Assembly (NCBI GenBank): GCA_947625055.1
Contig: CANQMT010000009.1
Location: forward strand, 12,750-76,749
DNA length: 64,000 bases
Reading direction: 5' to 3'
DNA from: an uncultured Monoglobus sp.
Lineage (GTDB): Bacteria > Bacillota > Clostridia > Monoglobales > Monoglobaceae
The notes beneath the pieces are model-generated. The model was given only the letters and a program-made list of their open reading frames with translations. It was not told the origin of the DNA and did not search any database. Position numbers and translations under genes: made by a program. Positions 58,013-64,000 of this stretch are shown in pieces; the first letter of the stretch is position 1; each line of letters begins with the position of its first letter.

Positions 58013-58681
58013 AATCAACTTCTCAATTTGCGCGGGGTCCGCCTGCGGGAGAACGGATCTCAGATGTTCGGCGATGCGCTCTCCCGACTCCTCGGGGTCG
58101 CGGCGGTATGCCGAGATCACGAAATCCTCGCCAAGCAGGGCTTCGGGCGTGCTGTATTCCGCCACGCCCCAGCCGTAGGGCGCGCCGAATTTGTCAAGCA
58201 TATAAACAAAGTCGGATATGCAGACATAGCTCTGCATCTGAAGTCGGGTTATCACCGTGTCAAAGCCTTTGTTGCCGCCTTTGCGGTAATTCAACATTCT
58301 TTTGAGCTCCTTTGAGAGCAGATACTTGTCGCGGACTATCGCCTCGTATATGTCCCTGTCCTTGTATGAGGCGAGGCCGTCGTTAAAGCGCGCGTCAAAG
58401 TCATAGCCGCCGCGCCGCAGATTCGCGAAATCAGGGAACCATTCACGGCTTATAAACATAGCCTTGCCCGAGCAGAATTTGCCATAAACGCATTTAAGGC
58501 TCCGCGCGATCGGGCCCTTCCACTCCCACGGGCCGTCGGCATCCGCCGAGAACCACAGCTCGGGCGCGCAGAATTCCTCGATCGAGAACCCGGGAATATC
58601 CCCCGCGAAAAACGGCAGAAAGCCGAATTCTTCAACCAATTCAACAACATCCTCCGGCGAGCGTAACTCAATATCAGGCAT
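58007..58681 (-). CDS. AlkZ-related winged-helix protein
   Basis: GFLPFF, PWEWKGP, YGKF..GKA.FIS.EWFPDF.N.RR and ITRLQMQ.YV. It has its own promoter, TTGACA-17-TAAAAT (58742-58714). Family assignment is from recall and function is uncertain. Confidence 0.6.
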   Translation of the reverse strand: MPDIELRSPEDVVELVEEFGFLPFFAGDIPGFSIEEFCAPELWFSADADGPWEWKGPIARSLKCVYGKFCSGKAMFISREWFPDFANLRRGGYDFDARFNDGLASYKDRDIYEAIVRDKYLLSKELKRMLNYRKGGNKGFDTVITRLQMQSYVCISDFVYMLDKFGAPYGWGVAEYSTPEALLGEDFVISAYRRDPEESGERIAEHLRSVLPQADPAQIEKLIT

Positions 58682-58776
58682 GCGTACCGCCCCTTTCAAA
58701 TTAATTTTATTTAATTTTATCATATCGCCCCGCGCCTGTCAATTTTGCGGTGTGCCGCTATCATAAAAGGGGAGCG

Positions 58777-59088
58777 TCAGCGCGGCTCCCCTTTTATATT
58801 CTGTTTGTTTTTGTCAAAATGCTCCGCAAGCATTATCATTATTTTCTTTTCATCTCGGCTAAATGACGATATGTTAATGTTTTCGCTGTTGTCAAGACCC
58901 AGAAGATAATCCGATGAAACCTTAAAATACTTGGAAAGCTCGATCAAAAAGTGTGCATTCGGGCTGTTGACGCCCATTTCCCAGGAGCTTACGGTGGCGC
59001 GCGTGGTCTCAAGCTTTTTCGCCAGCTCGCTTTGACTGATATTATTACGCTCCCTGAGCATCTTTATTCTCTCGCTCAATTTGTTCAT
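58777..59088 (-). CDS. XRE-family HTH regulator
   Basis: ERIKMLRERNNISQSELAKKL...VSSWEMG...FKVSSDYLLG. Confidence 0.92.
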   Translation of the reverse strand: MNKLSERIKMLRERNNISQSELAKKLETTRATVSSWEMGVNSPNAHFLIELSKYFKVSSDYLLGLDNSENINISSFSRDEKKIMIMLAEHFDKNKQNIKGEPR

Positions 59089-59244
59089 AATAATTCATCT
59101 CCGAATATTAATTATATTAATATTTTATCATATGGAGTGTAATAAAAACTTAGCATATAATGCATATAAATATTGACAAAATAAATTATTTATGGTAAAA
59201 TTTTAAATAAATCAATATATAATCATAATATCAGGAGGGAAAGT

Positions 59245-61044
59245 ATGAAAAAGTTATTAGCCGTAGTATCAATATTAATGGTAATTTTGGGCACTGTATT
59301 GTCTGTTAACGCGTATGAGACCGCAAGTGTTACGCTTAACGGTCAGTATATTCAGTTTGATCAACAGCCGATTATAATAAACGACAGAACAATGGTTCCC
59401 ATGCGCAAGATTTTTGAGGCTATGGGATGTGAAGTTTTGTGGGATGAAGAAGATGAAATGATAGACGTTTGGCGGGGAGACGATAATTTGATGACTCTTT
59501 GGATCGGAGATCTCGAGATGTGGACTCCCGGAGGTCTTGTATATCTTGACGCGGCGCCGTTTGTTATGAATGACCGCACATTAGTGCCTGTGCGGGCGAT
59601 AAGCGAGAGTATCGGCGCACAAGTTGATTGGGATGAATACAACTGGACGGTTATTATAACCTATAACGGGAGTTCGGGCTCAATTAGTTATGTTGGCTGT
59701 CCGCACAATAATTTAAGAAGCTGCACGAACGCGGACTCAATTACCTACATCAATACCGGCTCGCCGACAGAGCATACCTACAGAAGATATGTCACATATA
59801 CCTGTGAGGATTGCGGAACAGAAGTGTACAGCCAATATGAAGAAGATCCTTCCTCACATCATTTCAATGGAAACGTATGCACGATCTGCGGATACACAAA
59901 GACAGGCAATACATCGTCCGGTAATTGTGCTCATACAAGCACAAGACAGTCAATTTCGATCGACGAGAGAGAGTACACCAATACAAGCGATCCCGAAAAA
60001 CATTTTTATATTGACAAGTTAGTGACATGGTGTAATTATTGCGGCGAGGAAATAGACGTATCATATTTAAACAGTGAGGATGAGCACAGATTTGACGGGA
60101 ATATATGCGTTGATTGCGGATACACAAAAGGCGCGGCATCTTCAGGCGGATACTCATCTTCAGGCGGAGGTTCATCCTCCGGCGGAAGCGCGGCCCAAAG
60201 ACCTTCATCCTCGGGCTCGGTAAGCGATTATATTGACGGCGCTTTTATGAATGTCACGGTTCCCGCGGGAACTTCGATTTGTGTGCCGAATACATCGGGC
60301 AGTACGCTTAATTTGAAAATGGACGGAGTGTATAACGCTTTTGAGCGCGAGGCGGACGGCGATATAGATACGCAGCCATACAACCAGAAAGACAAAAGCG
60401 GAAGCATAACCATTTCAAAAGGCGCGGAAGCGATAATCGAAAACTCGGGAAACGGCGATTTGATAGTATCTATTCCGTCCGAGTATGCGGAATACAGCGT
60501 GACGTATGAGAAGGTATACGAGACGGTACTTCTGTCGCGCGGAGAGAGCGTTAAGCTTGAATCCATAAATGATCAGAGCGCTTACTATTATGCAAATAAC
60601 TCTGACTACAGAATTATTAAATACGATCCCGGCAAAAACTCAATTTCAACAACAGCTTTGGATGCTTCAAGCAGTAAAGGATCCGTTGGCAAGGGAAACG
60701 CCGCTTTGATCACCGCCAACAGTTCTGTTGAGCTGCATTATTGTCCGGCTCTGCTTAGCTGCACACGGAGTGCGTCGGGATTTCGCGAAATGACCTTGTC
60801 AAACGGCGACACTATCAGATTGACCGCGTCAAGCAGCAGCAAAATGGTTATCTACACAGAAGGCGGTCAGGAATATGATTATGTTGAATATAATTCAAAA
60901 GGAACCGCCGGCACGCCAAAGAAAGGAATAAAAACCAAGAGCCAGACCATAAACAAGGGATGCTACGCGGACTTCACAAACACCTCGGGCAGATCAATGA
61001 CCGTTTATGTGACCGATCTGTATGGCAGCGTCGAGTACAGATAA
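59245..61044 (+). CDS. Secreted protein with a copper-amine-oxidase-N-like stalk domain and two Cys/His repeats
   Basis: MKK signal peptide, QPIIINDRTMVPMRKIFEAMG / APFVMNDRTLVPVRAISESIGA.VDW and two CxH...CxxC...H...CxxC repeats. Promoter TTGACA-17-TAAAAT upstream. Confidence 0.8.
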   Translation: MKKLLAVVSILMVILGTVLSVNAYETASVTLNGQYIQFDQQPIIINDRTMVPMRKIFEAMGCEVLWDEEDEMIDVWRGDDNLMTLWIGDLEMWTPGGLVYLDAAPFVMNDRTLVPVRAISESIGAQVDWDEYNWTVIITYNGSSGSISYVGCPHNNLRSCTNADSITYINTGSPTEHTYRRYVTYTCEDCGTEVYSQYEEDPSSHHFNGNVCTICGYTKTGNTSSGNCAHTSTRQSISIDEREYTNTSDPEKHFYIDKLVTWCNYCGEEIDVSYLNSEDEHRFDGNICVDCGYTKGAASSGGYSSSGGGSSSGGSAAQRPSSSGSVSDYIDGAFMNVTVPAGTSICVPNTSGSTLNLKMDGVYNAFEREADGDIDTQPYNQKDKSGSITISKGAEAIIENSGNGDLIVSIPSEYAEYSVTYEKVYETVLLSRGESVKLESINDQSAYYYANNSDYRIIKYDPGKNSISTTALDASSSKGSVGKGNAALITANSSVELHYCPALLSCTRSASGFREMTLSNGDTIRLTASSSSKMVIYTEGGQEYDYVEYNSKGTAGTPKKGIKTKSQTINKGCYADFTNTSGRSMTVYVTDLYGSVEYR

Positions 61045-61083
61045 GATAAAAATATCTAAATAAAAAGATTGGAGGATCTAATA

Positions 61084-62925
61084 ATGAAAAAGATTTTAAA
61101 AATAACTATGTCGGTATTACTAAGTGTTGTAATAACATTGTCGTGCTTGGAAACATTTGCAAGCTATGAAAATTTATATTATGTTATGGAGCCTACAAAC
61201 AGGTACAGTCATGTATCTTCACCGGTAAACGGATATATGAAAGTCCGTGTCGGAGATTATCCAGAATGCAAATACGGCTTGATAACCGTACAGGGAAAAG
61301 AAATAATACCTTGCATATATGATTTTGTGAGCCCGTTTCATAACGGCTTGGCCAGAGTCGGCCTGTACGAAGACGGTAATTCCGATAATGTAATGAAATA
61401 TGGTTACGTAAATACAAGCGCCGAAGTTGTAATACCGATCCAATTTGATTACGCCGATGATTTCAGCGAAGGTTTGGCGGCGGCGGGCGACCTGCTGGAA
61501 GACCAATACAGACAGCGTGACCATTTAAATTACGGATATATAAATACGGACGGTGAGTTTGTTATCCCAAAAGAATATTCATGCAATATCATTGCTTTTA
61601 CTCCGGATGACTTCAATAGCGGCGTTGCCTCTGTTTGCATAGATAAAACCACTATATGGAATGATTTTACAAAGGGACTGGTTCTGATTGACAAATCGGG
61701 ACGGGAGATATGTTCTTTTGACAGTGTCACAAGTAAAGTCCCTGCGCCGGATAGCGCTGACAGAGAGGGTAGTTATACCGGTTCTTTGACCAAAAGTAAA
61801 TTCTGCGAAGGGCTGATGCCCGTAAAAATCAACGGATTAAACGGTTATATTGACAATAGCGGCAAAGAAGTAATTCCCTGTATGTATGACGCTGTTGAAG
61901 ATTTTGACGGCGGAATTGCGAGAGTTATTAAAGACGGAAAATACGGATTTATCAATGCCGCGAATGAAATTGTGATCCCGTTTGAATATGACTATCTGCA
62001 AAAATTCAGCGAGGGCTTATGCAGCGCTCAAATCAACGGTAAATGGGGATTTATAGATATTAACAATAATATTGTTATTCCGTTTGAGTACGGATATGTA
62101 AATGAATTCAGCGACGGTCTTTCTATGGCTACATATGAAGTTGAGTATAACTTTTCCGATGTCGGAACATTCTATACAGGCAAATACGGATTTATAAACA
62201 AAAACAACGAGGTCATCGTGCCGTTTGAATATTCGGAAAATTCGGTAGACTTTGACGGAGGTATCGCGGCTGTAGACAGAGGATATGGCGGGATGCTTCA
62301 GACGGATTACAAAGCGATCGACGTAAACGGCAATGAAATTTTGCCGCCGGAGGGCTGTAGCTTCAGTTTCAGCAAATGGGGCCAGGACCCGATATATGAC
62401 GGTATTGTGAGGTTATATTGGAATTCAAGAATGGGCTTTAGCGACGCAAGCGGCAAAGAGTTAATACCCTGCATATTTAAGCCCGATGATAACGGAGATA
62501 TTTTTGATGATAACGGATACAGGGTCGTTCAATTATATGATACCGATGAATACGCCGTTATCAGAAATCCTCATGGCTGTAAGATAGGCGTTACTCTAAA
62601 CGGTGTTCCTATAGAATTTGATCAATCTCCGATTACCGAAAATGACCGCACACTGGTTCCTATGAGAGCAATTTTTGAGGCTATGGGCGCAAAGGTCGAT
62701 TGGAATGAAGAAGAACAGACAGTTACAGCAACAAAGGATAACAATAACATTTCAATCAAAATCGGCGACAATACTATGACAAAAAACGGCAGCGAAATAG
62801 CCTTGGATGTATCCGCAAAAGTTATTGAGGGAAGGACTTTAGTCCCCGTGAGAGCTGTCGCGGAAGCTTTTGAGACAACGGTCAACTGGAATGAGGCGGC
62901 GAGGATGGTGGAAATAATTGAATAG
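61084..62925 (+). CDS. WG-repeat (KWG) protein with a C-terminal stalk domain
   Basis: Repeated F.EGL..V...GK(Y/W)G(F/Y)I...G..VIP..Y units and SPITENDRTLVPMRAIFEAMGAKVDW at the C-terminus. Confidence 0.88.
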   Translation: MKKILKITMSVLLSVVITLSCLETFASYENLYYVMEPTNRYSHVSSPVNGYMKVRVGDYPECKYGLITVQGKEIIPCIYDFVSPFHNGLARVGLYEDGNSDNVMKYGYVNTSAEVVIPIQFDYADDFSEGLAAAGDLLEDQYRQRDHLNYGYINTDGEFVIPKEYSCNIIAFTPDDFNSGVASVCIDKTTIWNDFTKGLVLIDKSGREICSFDSVTSKVPAPDSADREGSYTGSLTKSKFCEGLMPVKINGLNGYIDNSGKEVIPCMYDAVEDFDGGIARVIKDGKYGFINAANEIVIPFEYDYLQKFSEGLCSAQINGKWGFIDINNNIVIPFEYGYVNEFSDGLSMATYEVEYNFSDVGTFYTGKYGFINKNNEVIVPFEYSENSVDFDGGIAAVDRGYGGMLQTDYKAIDVNGNEILPPEGCSFSFSKWGQDPIYDGIVRLYWNSRMGFSDASGKELIPCIFKPDDNGDIFDDNGYRVVQLYDTDEYAVIRNPHGCKIGVTLNGVPIEFDQSPITENDRTLVPMRAIFEAMGAKVDWNEEEQTVTATKDNNNISIKIGDNTMTKNGSEIALDVSAKVIEGRTLVPVRAVAEAFETTVNWNEAARMVEIIE

Positions 62926-64000
62926 AAAGATCCTTATTTCGGTGGCTGTCATATTACTGACGCTTTCCGGTACAACTTTTGCCGAAGAGGTTGAAAACGA
63001 AATATTAAGTCCTCCGGCAAATATGCTTGTTTACGGGATCGATACGTCAAACGCATACATAAACGGCGAGCTTGTGAATACATGGACAACTCCATACATA
63101 TATGATGAAATATCAATGTTTCCGGTTGAAAAAGTTGTAGAGAATTTAGGCGGAAGTGTTGAGTACAATAATGATACAAGAATACTGACGTTAAGCCTAT
63201 ATGCTAAAACGCTCAGCTTCTCCGTAGATGATAAAGAGTGTAATATATTAGACACCGTGTTTTATCCGATACGAAATATATCCGATGAGCTGGGAATAAC
63301 CGTAAAATGGTATGACGGGCTTGTAACCGTCAGCACTGATGATACTGTCCTGACAGACGAACAAATCGCGTTTTATAAAAATGAATTGGGCTATAGCGGA
63401 TATGAAGATGTTTGGTGGCGGGATCGGCTGACTCCGCAATGGTTTGTTGATCCGTATGTTCCGTATACATACTCACAAATGGATGCTGACTTGCATACGC
63501 TCAGAAAAATGTACCCGGATCTGTTCAGCGAGGTTTACAGTATCGGTCAAAGCGAAGAAGGGAGGGAGATCCTTGCGATCAATTTTGGTAAAGGAGATAC
63601 AAAAGTTATTTTATGCGCGAGCATGCACGCAAGAGAATACATTGCAACCACATATTTGATGTATTACCTTGACAGATACGCATACGGATATTATACCAAT
63701 GAGATCAAAGAGGATACCTATAACATACGTGAAATACTTGATAATGTTACTTTTATCGTTGTGCCGCAGATCAATCCCGACGGTATTAATCTTGTGCAAT
63801 ACGGTGTGGAAAACACAAAAGATCCGGACGCGGTAAAACAAATACCTTTTACATCTGACGGCGGCGAATATGGATACAGGGGGTGGAAATCCAATATTAA
63901 CGGTGTAGATCTTAATGCTAATTTTCCGGTATTATGGCCTTATCCTTATGGTTCACCAAATTCAAGCAGTTACTCCGGCGCGGAGGCCGGCAGCGAGGCC
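62918..64000 (+). CDS. Secreted M14 zinc carboxypeptidase (gamma-D-Glu-mDAP peptidase-like) with a degenerate stalk domain; 3'-truncated and absent from the ORF track
   Basis: Hand translation from TTG 62918 is open to the window end. Signal peptide, SIGQSEEGREI, SMHAREY (HxxE), VPQINPDG and WKSNINGVDLNANFP. Confidence 0.85.
   Translation, partial: MNRKILISVAVILLTLSGTTFAEEVENEILSPPANMLVYGIDTSNAYINGELVNTWTTPYIYDEISMFPVEKVVENLGGSVEYNNDTRILTLSLYAKTLSFSVDDKECNILDTVFYPIRNISDELGITVKWYDGLVTVSTDDTVLTDEQIAFYKNELGYSGYEDVWWRDRLTPQWFVDPYVPYTYSQMDADLHTLRKMYPDLFSEVYSIGQSEEGREILAINFGKGDTKVILCASMHAREYIATTYLMYYLDRYAYGYYTNEIKEDTYNIREILDNVTFIVVPQINPDGINLVQYGVENTKDPDAVKQIPFTSDGGEYGYRGWKSNINGVDLNANFPVLWPYPYGSPNSSSYSGAEAGSEA

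Noticed and set aside
53880-59245. Prophage or ICE suggested by two XRE repressors
   Set aside because: No integrase, relaxase, structural genes or att-like direct repeats were found.

Overview
A 64-kb chromosomal window from a spore-forming Clostridia (Bacillota). The Monoglobales/Oscillospirales-like placement is my inference from gene style, the PL1 enzyme and the surface modules. Core blocks are: mutL(5'-truncated)-miaA; HlyD-like-yggS-sepF-ylmH-divIVA-lspA-rluD; pgk-tpiA-gpmI (-); murJ/O-antigen-ligase-like/GT4/2x DUF4330-like (-); spmAB (-); the dcw cluster mraZ-rsmH-ftsL-PBP-murE-murF-mraY-ftsW-murG-murA-ftsQ; spoIIAA-AB-sigF-spoVAC-D-E (-); and dpaAB. Accessory blocks are a giant Pro/Thr-stalked adhesin with a class B sortase, a VbhA-like/Fic toxin-antitoxin pair, two MATE pumps, a secreted DUF362 protein, LysR, two XRE regulators, an LRR-PL1 pectate lyase, an AlkZ-like protein and three stalk-domain surface proteins. 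The most interesting signals lie outside the ORF track: (i) a complete type I toxin-antitoxin-like locus (24-aa hydrophobic peptide plus convergent antisense RNA, 12.9-13.3 kb) with a related peptide-less RNA at 50.4-50.5 kb; (ii) two stand-alone small transcription units carrying a UUUUUCAU + anti-SD motif complementary to SD-AUG-AAA-AA translation starts; (iii) an unnamed ~80-aa 'LWD..PL' module shared by two unrelated secreted proteins; (iv) GTAG-type REP clusters and a tandem-amplified mraZ leader. No rRNA, tRNA, CRISPR array, integrase or transposase was seen. All family calls are from motif recognition and synteny, not database searches.
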